NCBI RefSeq assembly: GCF_009914755.1
Contig: NC_060940.1
Source of the DNA: the human T2T-CHM13v2.0 reference genome, Homo sapiens
DNA: 64,000 nt
Direction: 5' to 3' (one strand)
The notes beneath the pieces are model-generated. The model did no database searches and was not told where the DNA came from. It was given only the letters and a program-made list of their open reading frames with translations. The stretch's first letter is position 1, and every line of letters begins with the position of its first letter. Positions 14,939 through 27,796 of this stretch are shown piece after piece. Position numbers and translations under genes: made by a program.

Positions 14939-16220
14939 TTCTTTCCTTTCTTTTCCTTTCCTTCCCTTCCCTTCCCTTTCCTTTCCCTTTCCCTTCCCTT
15001 TTTTCCCTTTCTTTTCTCCTTCCCTTCCTTTTTTCCCTTTCTCTTCCCCTTCCCCTTCCCTTCCCCTTCCCTTCCCCTTCCCTTTCCCTTCCCCTTCCCT
15101 TCCCCTTCCCTTCCCCTTCCCTTCCCTTTCCCTTCCCCTTCCCTTCCCCTTCCCTTCCCCTTCCCTTCCCCTTCCCTTCCCCTTCCCCTTCCCTTCCCTT
15201 CCCCTTCCCTTCCCTTTCCCTTCCCCTTCACTTTCCCTTCCCCTTCCCTTCCCTTTCCCTTCCTTTTCCCTTCCACTTCCCCTTTCCCTTCCACTTCCCT
15301 TTCCCTTCACCTTCCCCTTCCCTTTCCCTTCCCCTTCCCTTCCCTTCCCCTTCCCTTTCCCTTCCCCTTCTCTTTCCCTTCCCTTTCCCTTCCCTTTCCT
15401 TTTCCCTTCCCTTCCCTTTCCCTTCCTTTTCCCTTCCCCTTCCCCTTCCCCTTCCCTTCCCCTTCCCTTCCCCTTCCCCTCCCCCTTCCCTTCCCCTTCC
15501 CCTTCCCTTTACCTTCCCCTTCCCTTTCCCTTCCCTTTCCCTTCCCCTTCCCCTTCCCTTCCCTTCTCCTTCCCTTCCCCTTCCCTTCCCTTTCCCTTCC
15601 CCTTCCCTTTCCCTTCCCTTCCCTTTCCCTTCCCCTCCCCTTCCCTTTCCCTTACCCTTCCCTTTCCCTTCCCCTTCTCTTTCCTTTCCCTTTCCCTTTC
15701 CATTTCCCTTCCCTTCCCTTCCCCTTCCCTTCCCTTTCCCTTCCCCTTCACTTTCCCTTCCCCTTCCCTTCCCTTTCCCTTCCTTTTCCCTTCCACTTCC
15801 CCTTTCCCTTCCACTTCCCTTTCCCTTCACCTTCCCCTTCCCTTTCCCTTCCCCTTCCCTTCCCTTCCCCTTCCCTTTCCCTTCCCCTTCTCTTTCCCTT
15901 CCCTTTCCCTTCCCTTTCCTTTTCCCTTCCCTTCCCTTTCCCTTCCCTTTCCCTTCCCCTTCCCTTTCCCTTCCTCTTCCCTTCCCCTTCCCTTCCCCTT
16001 CCCTTTGCCTTCCCTTCCCCTTCCCTTCCCCTTCCCTTCCCCTTCCCTTCCCTTCCCTTTCCCTTCTCCTTCCCTTCCCCTTCCCTTCCCTTTCCCTTCC
16101 CTTTCCCTTCCCCTTCCCTTTCCCTTTCCCTTCCCTTTCCCTTCCCCTTCCCTTTCCCTTGCCTTTCCCTTCCCCTTCGCTTCTGCTTCCCTTCCCCTTC
16201 TCTTCTCTTTTCTTTTTTTT
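14939..16220 (+). repeat. ~1.28-kb near-pure polypyrimidine complex repeat (CCCTT/CCCCTT/CCCTTT)n
   Basis: Directly visible; almost no purines on the + strand. Confidence 0.97.
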
Positions 16221-16513
16221 CTGGAGTCAGGGTCTCACTCTGTTGCCCAGGCTGGAGTGCAGTGGTGCTAACACAGCTCACTACAGCCTTGATTTCCCAG
16301 CCTCCCGGGTTCAACCAATTCCCCCCACCTCAGCTTCCCAAGTAGCTGGGACCACAGGTGCCCACCACCAAGCCTGGCTAATTTTAAAAATTTTTTAGAG
16401 ATGGAGTCTTGCCATGTTGCCCAGGATGGTCTTGAACTCCTGGGCTCAAGCAATCCTCCTGCCTCGACCTCCCAAAGTGCTAGGATTATAGGTGTGAGCC
16501 ACTGCACTCAGCT
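16205..16513 (-). mobile_element. AluJ whose tail is the expanded pyrimidine tract
   Basis: TSD GCAGGTGGCCTTTC at 14925-14938 and 16514-16527. Confidence 0.9.
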
Positions 16514-16544
16514 GCAGGTGGCCTTTCGGATCTTGCCTGTAATA

Positions 16545-16708
16545 AGGGAGGGTGGGAGGTGGATAGAGCCGGAGACATCTTTTTCATTCTCTGCTGGAGC
16601 TGAGTAGCAATTTCCCCTTTTAAACAGGCCATGTGTGCAGTCCCCTACCTGGCCGTCAGACATTTTCATTGCTCACCTGGCCCCTAGGCATTTGAGTTTC
16701 AGACCCCA
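16545..16708 (-). mobile_element. MER102-like relic
   Basis: CTGGAGCTGAGTAGC, CAGTCCCCTACCTGGCC, CCTGGCCCCTAGGCATTTGAGTTTCAGACCCC. Confidence 0.55.
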
Positions 16709-17507
16709 TTTTGTAGTTCTAGTAAAGCCTTGCTATAGACTGGGGTCAGAGGGCTGCAGGCTTTCAACCTTTGTAGAGCAAGGGGTTATTGAATAAATTA
16801 TGAAGCATCTGGAGATTCTGGGCTCTTAACTGGGTACCTGTTTGAAAGTAGGGTCTAGTACATTTTTTTCAGTAGCTCAGTAAATGTTGCCTCTTCTTAA
16901 AAAAAAAAAAAACAGAAAACAAAAACTGGTCTTACTCTGAATTTGCCAAATAGAAATGAGGGGGCGTTTATTTGTGTCACAAAAGGATTTGATTTCTTTA
17001 AATAGGCAGCCCTACTATTTTCTTCAAAGTGTTTTAGTTAATGGGAAATTTGATTTGCACAACTTTTCAGAAACACACTGTGTAAAGGAATTACCTGCAC
17101 CAGAAGCTCATGAGGTTTTTCAAAGTCTGTTCTCAGCTTCTCTGCACATCATGCTGGGGTTCACTTGGCCTATTGATTCTGCCTCAGTGGGGATGGACTA
17201 TTCATTTCTGTGGGTAATTGGAAGCCTACCTAAAGTGACCTTGTCAATGGTTGGATTGACAAATATCCAGGCTGGTGGGATGTCAGGCGATCATCCAGGA
17301 GCTACATCTACCATGAAGTTGGTTATGTTTTCTCCTTTTTCTATGACTGATGATATTCATTTTTTGGTTCATTCATTCACCAAACATTTATTTACTGAAT
17401 ATCAATTATGTACCAGGAATTGTGGTAGACACTAGGAGACTAGAGATGAGCTATCTTTATCCCCTTCTGTCTCCAAAGGGGATAAAGATGAATAAGATAA
17501 TAATTGA

Positions 17508-17693
<186 letters not shown>

Positions 17694-17699
17694 TGATAT

Positions 17700-19950
17700 T
17701 TTAGATGTTTGGAAGAAAGGTTGTAGAATAAAGCACCTACTTGAAAATGGGGGAAACTACTTTCCTAAATATTTCTGGGTCAAAGAATAAATTAAAACCA
17801 TACTAATAGACCACTTAGAAACTTGATACAATGATGGGACTAAATATAAAACATAGGATGCAGCCAAAACTGTACTTAAAAGAGGGTTTTTAGCCATAAC
17901 ATCTTTAAATGTTTAATGAAGAGGAATGGGAATAAATTAATTGAGCAGTCAATTCAAGAAGCTTTAAAAAGAACAGTGGATAATATTAGCTGACATTTGT
18001 AGAATAGTCATGATATGGTTGGCATGGTTCTGGGCATGGAATAACTCATTTAGTTCTGACAACACCACTGTGATATGGGTCCTATTGTTGCTGTCATTTT
18101 CCAGAGAGGAAACTGAAGTACAGGAAGATGAGGTAGTGTACCTAGTCTTAGAGTTTGCAAATGATAGACACAGGATATACACCTGATCATCAGACTCCAG
18201 AATTCACATTCCCAACCAATAAGTAATACAAATACAAGTAAGCAATACAATCACAGACACACAGAACAAAAAAAGTTAAAGTAGCAATTAATAAAGTAGG
18301 CTAAAACCAGGTAGAGTTGATAAATATAATCATAATCTGCTTCTTTAACATGATAGAAAGATAAAAATAGACAAGAAAGAACACAAACTTCTGGAAAAAA
18401 AATAACGAGAGACTACCTAACAATGCAATATGAAGAAAGAAACAAAGAAAGAGAAAAGGTGTAATATCATCCCAGATAAGATGCTACAATTTAAACACGT
18501 TGAGAAGAACACTGTGGATAATTTCCAAGGAAAATATAAATTCCAAAAGTTTGTTTGAGTAGAGGTGAAAAACTTTCCTGTGTGGTTGAAGTGTAGAGAG
18601 GGAGAGGGAGGTGAAGCTGGGGAAAGCTCAGGGATGGGACGAGACTATGCTGTCATCCCTTTACTTTCATGTTGAATAAAAGGGAAAGTTAAACATGGAA
18701 CTACGACAGGGGGAAAAGAGAGAATAATAAAAATATTATTTGGGGTAATACGGTTTTCTATCTGGAAAACTCAAAGGAAGCAACTAAAACTCCACAAAAG
18801 CTATTTGAGTTTTTTTAAAAAATGCTTTAAAATAAATATGCTAACAATCTATTGCTTTCCTATTGTTTTTGTTTGTTTGTTTGTTTTGTGTTTTGAGATG
18901 GAGTCTCGCTCTGTTGCCCAGGCTGGAGTGCAGTGGCATGATATTGGCTCACTTCAACCTCCGCCTCCTGGGTTCAAGCAATCTACTGCCTCAGCCTTCC
19001 AAGTACCTGGGACTACTACAGGCACCTACCACCACGCCCAGCTAATTTTTTTTGTATTTTTAATAGAGACGGGGTTTCACCATGTTGGCCAGGCTGGTCT
19101 CGAACTTCTGGCCTCAAGTGATCTGCCTGCCTCAGTCTCCCAAAGTGCTAGGATTACAGGCATGAACCACTGCGCACAGCTATTTGCTTTCCTATTTTTA
19201 AACAATGACCAGTTGGGAAACAAAATGAAGACATGTCAAATTTACAATAGCATAAAAAAGAATCCCTTAGATGATGCTAAAGGGAAAATGTGTAGGACTT
19301 ATATGGAGAAAATAAGAGTTCAACAAGGGGACAATCATTTCCTGATGGAAAGACTCATTGTTGTCAAGGCATCAATTATCTTGAATTTAATTTCTAAATT
19401 TAACACAATTTCAATCAAAGTCCCAATCATTTTTTGGAGGCTGAGGGTTGACTGAATACAATCCCAATAAAAATTCCATTGGTATTTTTAAAATCTTGAT
19501 AAACTGATTCTAAAGTTTACTTGGAAGAATAAATATGCAGTGATAGCCAAGAAAATGTTGAAAATAAGGATAATGAGGGTGGACTTGCCCTGCCAAGATA
19601 TAACATATTACAGAGCTACTATAATTAAAGCCCATATTGCTATACTAGAAGACAGATCAGTGGCACAGAATAGAAGGCCCAAAGACAGACCCCAGTATAT
19701 ATAATTATTAAACATATAATAAAGTTGGCATTTGAAATCAGTGGGGAAGGGATGAATTATTCAATAAAGGATGCTGGGACAATTGGTTACCTCTTTGGAA
19801 AAAAATGGCAAATTGGATTCCCATTTCACATCAGATTCCAAGAAATTAGACATGGATCAAAGAGTTTAAAGTGGAAATGATGCCATATAAAAGTACAAAA
19901 AAACTCCAAAGAGTAATATTTATATGACCTTGGAGCATGAAGAAGGCTGT
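17700..19950 (+). mobile_element. Highly decayed L1M ORF2 region (interrupted by MIR and Alu)
   Basis: GGATGCAGCCAAAACTGTACTTAAA, GATGGAAAGACTCATTGTTGTCAAG, AAACTGATTCTAAAGTTTA, GGACTTGCCCTGCCAAGATA, TTCAATAAAGGATGCTGGGACAATTGG. Confidence 0.75.
18865..19180 (-). mobile_element. AluS
   Basis: Full dimer; TSD TTGCTTTCCTATT on both sides. Confidence 0.9.
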
Positions 19951-20024
19951 TTGAGGTGTACTTGGACTGTCTTTCTTTGTCCAGTTTTCCCTTTTAGTGG
20001 TTTAAAAGGAATACATAGTAGTTT

Positions 20025-20364
<340 letters not shown>

Positions 20365-20519
20365 TAACACGTATATTTAAACTTATAATGTCCTATATGC
20401 AATTTCTCAATATCAATAATCTTTTGAGGAATATAAGACTCAGCACATTTTAATCTTGTAACCCTCCTGCAACTCCCATTTCTTATGACTTGGGTTTTCT
20501 CTACTTCTCTATCTCTTCC

Positions 20520-21430
20520 TCTGTTGAAAACTTTTCATATTATGGAAAAAATTAAACATATATAAAAGTAACATTAGTATAATGCATCCTTGTGTATGCA
20601 TCACCCAGTTCAATAATGACCCATCATGATCAATTTCTTTTTCATCTGTAATCCTCCCCTTTCTCTCCCCACCTTGGCATACTGAATTATTTTAAATTAT
20701 TTTATCCATAAAGATGTTAATGTATCCTCAAAGATAAGGATTCTATAAGCAAAGAAAAACAAGACCATTATCACACCAAATATTTTTCATTCCCTAATAT
20801 CAGTAACAATAATTCCCTTATGTCATCAGAAAGTGAGTATATCCATTTCCCTGATTGCCTTACAGTTTTTTAAACTGTTGGTTTTTTTCCACTTAGAATC
20901 CAAACAAGGTCCACATGTTAAATTTAGTTGATATGGGTTGATAGGTGCAGCAAACCACCATGGCACATGTATACCTGTGTAACAAACCTGAATGTTCTGC
21001 ACGTGTATCCCAGAATTTAAAGTAAAATTAAAAAAATTTAGTTGATATGTTTCTTAAATTCCTTTGAAAATATACGTTTCTCGTCCTATTTTCTCCCCAC
21101 TTGCAGTCCTCTCTTGTAGTCTATTTGTTGAAGATACCATATTCTTTGCCTTGTAGTTTTCTACATTCTGGGTATTTGGTTGGGGTGGGGGGGGGTGTGT
21201 TTGCTGATCGCATCCCTGTGGTGTCATTTAATATGTTCCTCTGTCACTTGTATTTTCTGTAAATCTGTATTTGCATCAAGAGACTTGAACCAATCATATT
21301 TGATTATTTGACAAGTGTACTTCATAGGTAGTGAAGTGAGCTTTCCTCTGTAGGCAAGTGGTATCTTTTTGTGACCTTAGCAACCATAGATGAATGTCAC
21401 CTAGACTCATTGTGTCACTAGGGATGGCCT
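20520..21430 (-). mobile_element. L1MC/ME 3' region
   Basis: GTATGCATCACCCAGTTCAATAAT, CCATTATCACACC, AATCCAAACAAGGTCCACAT. Confidence 0.6.
20934..21037 (+). mobile_element. Short L1PA 3' end (~100 bp)
   Basis: GGTGCAGCAAACCACCATGGCACATGTATACCTGTGTAACAAACCTG; TSD AAATTTAGTTGATATG on both sides. Confidence 0.9.
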
Positions 21431-22292
21431 TGAGGTTTCCTGTTCTATTTTCATTTACTAAGCATGCACTTTAGAAAGGCTCTGAGCTGCTCCCTGAAGC
21501 ATGGCACCCGTCCTCCAGAAACCCGCAGTCTAGAGGTTGTAAAAGAAGATTTGAACACCAAGACTGTAAAAGATGATTTGAACAACAGCAACAACAACAA
21601 AGCAGTTTTATTTTGTATACATTCTTTCATTGTACCTCCCCCAGAGGGATATAACCTCCAAATAGGGGAGCCATACCATAGATGCATTAAATTCACACCA
21701 ATTCAAATGTGTGTATATATGTATTTGCTTGCAGACTACTAAAGTGACAATGTAAACGTTGCTGCCTATTTTTCCCACTCTTCTATTAGATTGACGTTGC
21801 TTTTGGTGAGATGGGGCATGAGTCCACCATCCTGTCCCCTCTGTTTCCACATGACCCTCATCGTATGAACACCTCTCTTAAGTGTGATTCTAGGATTTAA
21901 AGATACATATTTCTTATGCATTATGCACCTAAACACAAGCCAACTACTTCATCTGGCACCTGATCCAAGAAACAACATTCTGTTCCAAAATCAATAGAAG
22001 ACAAGGCACTTTAAGGGATCTTCAAGGGAGTGTAATTTTGAGCATATGGAATCTTTCTAACCCTAGCTAACTTTAGAAGTTTAACTCCTATGCAAGATGA
22101 AGCATCTATGTTCCCAAGAGTTTGACTTCAGCAAAGGACAAGCTGCAGAAGCTGACATTATTGTTTATTTTGGCATAAAGGCTTTACTTGTTGGTGAAGT
22201 TCAAGTTTAATGATCTCTTCCTCCCTTTCTCTCTCTTCCTCCTCTCCGCTTTCCTTCTTCCCTTCCTCCCACCCTGATTTTCTCTTTTGCAG

Positions 22293-22375
22293 TTTGCTGC
22301 TTTGTGGTGCACAAGCGGTGCCATGAATTTGTCACATTCTCCTGCCCTGGCGCTGACAAGGGTCCAGCCTCCGAT
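22293..22375 (+). CDS. PRKCB: PRKCB internal coding exon (exon 3, 83 nt, phase 1 to phase 0), C-terminal part of the C1A DAG/phorbol-binding zinc finger
   Basis: Long pyrimidine tract and tttgcAG acceptor (AG 22291-22292); GTAAGT donor at 22376. Translates TT+27 codons as (V)[32 protein letters not shown] distinguishes PKC-beta from PKC-alpha (GPDTD). The next exon (DPRSKHKF...) was not seen in the window. Confidence 0.97.
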
Positions 22376-22635
22376 GTAAGTAATGGGCATCGATTGCTTT
22401 TCTCTGTCCACAGTCAATGCTGCCTTGTGATTAAATGTGAGTGAGCATTCTTAGACGAGTAAGTGTGGACGATCTCACTCTAAGGCATGTGGTGGTCCCT
22501 ATAGCTTTTGAGACAGTTTTCCTTTTAGTGGAAAACAAAATTTTGGAGGGAGTGTGGCTGGATAGGAAGTCAGCTAGTTTGTCTACTATGATTTTGCTAA
22601 TGTCTTCACTTTGAGAGCTGGAGCACGGAGGGTGA

Positions 22636-23049
<414 letters not shown>

Positions 23050-23961
23050 ATTATTATTATTATTTAAGAGTGTTGCCCAGGCTGGTCTCAAATTCCTGGG
23101 CTCAAGCAATCCTCCTGCCTTGGCCTCCCAAAGTGTTGGGATTCCAGGCGTGAGCCAGTGCACCCTGCTTGTTAGGGTGTTCCTAATATCAGGGCCCAGG
23201 AATGAGGAGGAAATGAATTTATCCTGCTACCATGAATCTCAAAGTATGACTACTGCTAGTGGGACAAGAGATGCTTGTAGGTAAAATGTGCAAAAAATTT
23301 TTGTTTTAATCATTATAAATGTATTTTAATGTGGATTGGGAAAAATGTATCTAGTAGTGGTTTTGCATTTGTGATAAGGATATAGAATTTCCTACCTAAG
23401 TAAAGATTTTTAGGTTAAACAAAAGATAAACTGATTTGAGGACAATATTAAGTGAATGACAGTATGGGTGATATAAGGATATGGCAAAAGTTTTGGTACA
23501 AATGTGTTTAAAGTTTAGGGTACATTGTTGATTGGCCTACCCAGCAGCCATTCACAGCCTTCATCCTTCTGGCAGAGGCTACCTCTCATGATGGAAGCTA
23601 AAAATGCCTAATACTTGCTTTTCCCGGCTCTCTTGTAGCTGCTGACTGAGGATGTGACCCAATCCTGCTAATGGGAACTGAGGGGAAGACCTGGGAAAGA
23701 GTCTAGGAAAGATTTTTCCTTTCTGATAAGAGAGAGACATCCCTTCCCTTGTCCTCTTGGGCATTTTTGTACAAGGATATAATGCTTGGAGTTGTGGCAG
23801 CCCTTTTGGGTCAATGAGGGACACATTGCCGACATCCTGAGCATGGCAGAGTGGAAAACTTAAAAGAACCGTGGGTCCATGATGATGCTGATGAGCTGTT
23901 GATACCACTCACAGTCCTTTTATCCCCAAGCTGGATAGATGGGAGAAGAAGCTTTTTTTTT

Positions 23962-24632
<671 letters not shown>

Positions 24633-24987
24633 CTGGGGGCATTCTTTTACATGCAGCTGAAACTGTCCTAGCTGAGAAGGCTTTCCACCATGCACAGTCT
24701 TTCATTGCCCAATAATGAACTGCGTTCAGCATACCCCAATGCAGCCATCACCCCTAGTTCTCTTACTTTGTTTCTGCTTTGAATCCCCTTCTTGAAATTT
24801 CTCCCATTGGCTTTGTCTCCATTACTGGTTCTGTTACCCACTTAGACTTGACAGCTGACAGCTTGCCCAAAGTGAGTAGTGACTATCTTCTGTCATTGGA
24901 TTTCTTTAGCTCCTGCTGGTCTTCTGCAAATGGTCATCTGCCAATTTGCTGCAAACTGGGGTGGGAGTTTGTGGGGAGGGCATATCT

Positions 24988-25001
24988 GTTGCCATAGCAA
25001 C
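24988..25001. promoter_or_regulatory. Candidate RFX X-box
   Basis: GTTGCCATAGCAAC matches the high-affinity RFX consensus GTTGCCATRGCAAC, in apparently non-repetitive DNA. Confidence 0.5.
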
Positions 25002-25324
25002 ACAAAGATGCTGGAGCATATGTTGGATATTCTTTGCTTGGAAAATGTGGTAATTGAGGTTAAGAACTCCAAGAAACATGGAACAACCAAAGTCCTTGGA
25101 AATCTGTTTGCAAAGACAAAGTTTGAGACTGTTTGTCATGTTCTCTCAGATCCTATGCCCTAGCCCTTGTAGTGCAATTTCTTCTCTCCTCCCTAGCAAA
25201 ATAGGCAGGGGAGTTTGGGGAGACTGCCCTACTCAGTATGCAGCTCTGAGTGTTCATGCAGACTGAAACTTGATACTCAACTTGCAGCCAAGAAGATGGT
25301 GCTTCCCATATTCTATCTATCTGC

Positions 25325-25684
25325 TGAATGTTTCTGTTGCCTAAGACAGAAACTCAGCTCAAACTGACTTATATGAAAAGGAAAATTTTGGGTCCTTGAA
25401 ATAGAAAAGGCCTAAGGGTTGACTTGGCTTCAAGCACAGTGAATCAAAGTTCTAAATAATGTCCTCAAGAACCTGTTTCTCCCCTTCTTGGCTTAGCCTT
25501 TGTCTGTGTTGATTTTATTTTCAGGAAGGCTTGTCTCCTATGCGAGCATGGTGGCTGCAACACCTTTAATCTTATATCTTATCAGTGCTGCAGTGCAGTA
25601 ACAAGAGCTAAAGTCTCATTAGACCATGAATCACATATTGCCAGAAGAATGGGTTATGCTGATTGGCCAGGCCTGGGTATATGC
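25325..25684 (-). mobile_element. Old MaLR LTR (MLT1K/J-like), left part, interrupted by the ERV-L; resumes at ~32181-32262
   Basis: ...GATTGGCCAGGCCTGGGTATATGC before the provirus continues as TGTGCCTACACC...CATGGATTGAGAGTGGGGAAGAGGTAGTTTC after it, colinear with the recalled MLT1K consensus. Confidence 0.7.
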
Positions 25685-26041
25685 TGCTGTGGTGTGAATG
25701 TTTTGTTTCTCCAAACTTATATCCTGAAATCCTAACACCCAAGGTATGGTGTTAGAAGGTGGGCCCCTTGGGAGGTGATCAGTTCATGGGGGAAGAGCCC
25801 TCATAAATGAGATAGTGCCCCTATAAAAAAGACCCCAGAGATATCCGTCACCCCTTCTACCATGTGAGGTTGCAATGAGAAGACAGTTGTGTATGAGAAA
25901 GTGAGCTCTCACTGGAGACCGAATCTTCCAGTGCCTTGATCTTGTACTTTCTAGCCTCCAGAACTGTGAGGAATAAGTTTATCATTTAAAAATCACTCAG
26001 GTTTTGGTATTTTGTTACAGCAGCCAGAAGGGACTAGGACA
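25685..26041 (+). mobile_element. MaLR LTR, MLT1A0-like, in the 5' LTR position
   Basis: Starts TGCTGTGGTGTGAATG; contains GAAGGTGGGCCCCTTGGGAGGTGATC, GCCCTCATAAATGAGATAGTGCCC and CTAGCCTCCAGAACTGTGAG; ends GGACTAGGACA. Matches the recalled MLT1A0 consensus. Confidence 0.85.
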
Positions 26042-26086
26042 GAAAATTTTGGTACTAACAGTGTATAGAGGAACAAAATTTTAAGG

Positions 26087-27796
26087 ATGGGTTTTCTGAA
26101 TTGGTTTCGGGGATTTGGTAATTGGCTGCCAAATCTGATTAGATTTAAGAATGCTAATTACCCTATTTCTAGTAGTAAAGAGAGCCTGGATAGTCCATGG
26201 CATGATCTGTTTATAGAGATACACAAATCATCTGCATTGGATACTCCTAATCAACCATTTATAAGAAGCAAGGAGCCAAGTGATTCGATATATGATACCC
26301 AAACACTTTTGGAAAACTAAGGCATATAATGACTTGCTCCTAATGTCTCTGGACAAAGTGGAGAAAGAAAAAGATGAGCTCAGGGATTTGAATTCCCAGC
26401 TCAAAGAGTTTCATAAATGATCTAAGAGCTTCTAGGTGTGCCCTGAAGGAGAGCCTTCTAGCCTGTAGTTGCAGGGCTGAAATTTCTGAAAATTAAATGC
26501 ACAACCTCATCCTGCAATTGGCTGAATTACAATGCAAATTGGACTCCCCACCACACAGGGTGTCTGCTCTAAAAGCAAGGGCAAGGGCATTGATCAGAAA
26601 AGAATGGGATCCCATAAGGTGGGAAGACTCTGATGAAGACCCTAATGAAGCTGGGGACATTGAGCCCCTAAATTCTGACAAGTCTTTTTTTTACCAGTGG
26701 AAGTGGCCTCCTTACCTCAAGCAAAAGTGTCATCCCCACTCAGGGTGGCATTGGCCTTTCCATCTTGTCTAAGGGAACTAACCCTGCATTGCCCTAAGAA
26801 ACAGTAATGGCTTTCCCTGAGGCAGTTGCCATGCCAGGCAATGCTGATTCTTGTCAGCACCGAATCCCACCACCCCTTCAAGTCCTAGCAGGCTCCTAAA
26901 GGTGAGATGCACTGTGTGACCCACGGGGAGGTATGCTATACCCCAAAAGAACTATTTGAGTTTTCTAATTTATACAAGCAGAACCATAGGGAATATGCAT
27001 GGGAATGATATTAAGGGGGTAGGATAATGGTGGAAGTAACATGAAGTTGAATCAGGCTGAATTTATTGATAGAAGTTCACTAAGCAGAGATTCTGAATGT
27101 AATGTTCCAGCTTAAGGAGTTAGGAAGGGCTCTAACAGTTTAGCTGGTTGGCTGAAACATGGATTAAAAGATGGCCTATCATGAGTGAGTTGGAGATGCC
27201 TGACCTCCCCTGGTTTAATGTAGAGGAAAGGATTCAAAAGCTTAGGGAGATTAGAATGCCAGAGTGGATTTGTCATTTAATACCCGCTCACCCATGCTGG
27301 GAAGGTCAGACATACCTTTAAGAAAGGTATGTCTCTGTCAATACTTTGAGAAATATATTTGTGAGGGGAGCCCCAGCATCCTTTAAGAGCTCTGTGATCC
27401 CTCTTCTCTATAGACCAAACCTTACTATGGGAACCACAGCCACTTAATTGGAAAACTTAAATGCAATGGGAATAATTGGGTCCTGGAGTATCAGGGGCCA
27501 TTTGGTGGCACTCAACTGTTAAAGGCAAGGTAGGTGCGGTTACCTTAATGGATCGCAGAGTTACAACAACAATCGGAATAGCCTGACTCATGCAGACCTA
27601 TGGCACTGCCTAATCATGGTGTTGCTAGAAGTGAAATAGGTGGGAAGCCTACTAAATTCTTACTTGATCTGTATAGCAGAAAAATTCTAGGTGAAGTGAA
27701 CAGAAGTCTAACTTGAATCATAAAAATAGAGAATCATAGCCCCTCAGTCCATTCCCAGACTTGAGCCAGTTTATAGACCCAGAACCCTTTGAATGA
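26087..27796 (+). pseudogene. ERV-L gag remnant (multiple stops and frameshifts)
   Basis: ORF 26087 MGFLNWFRGFGNWLPNLIR...DSPWHDLF and ORF 26497 ...LIRKEWDP..WEDSDEDPNEAGDIEPLNSD resemble HERV-L Gag; ends ...CCAGAACCCTTTGAATGA. Confidence 0.8.

Noticed and set aside
14896-16398. 500-aa F/P/S/L-rich ORF and the antisense G/K/R/E-rich ORFs
   Set aside because: A pyrimidine-only or purine-only tract cannot contain stop codons; the ORF ends in Alu sequence.
18805-19455. 216-aa ORF and the many LECSG/WDYR-type ORFs
   Set aside because: Translations of Alu and decayed L1 sequence; not genes.
22397-22464. Cryptic acceptor (AG 22412-22413) and donors (22437, 22459) just after exon 3
   Set aside because: The 38-nt spacing is too short for an intron; use as an alternative exon or extension gives a stop or frameshift; no other support.
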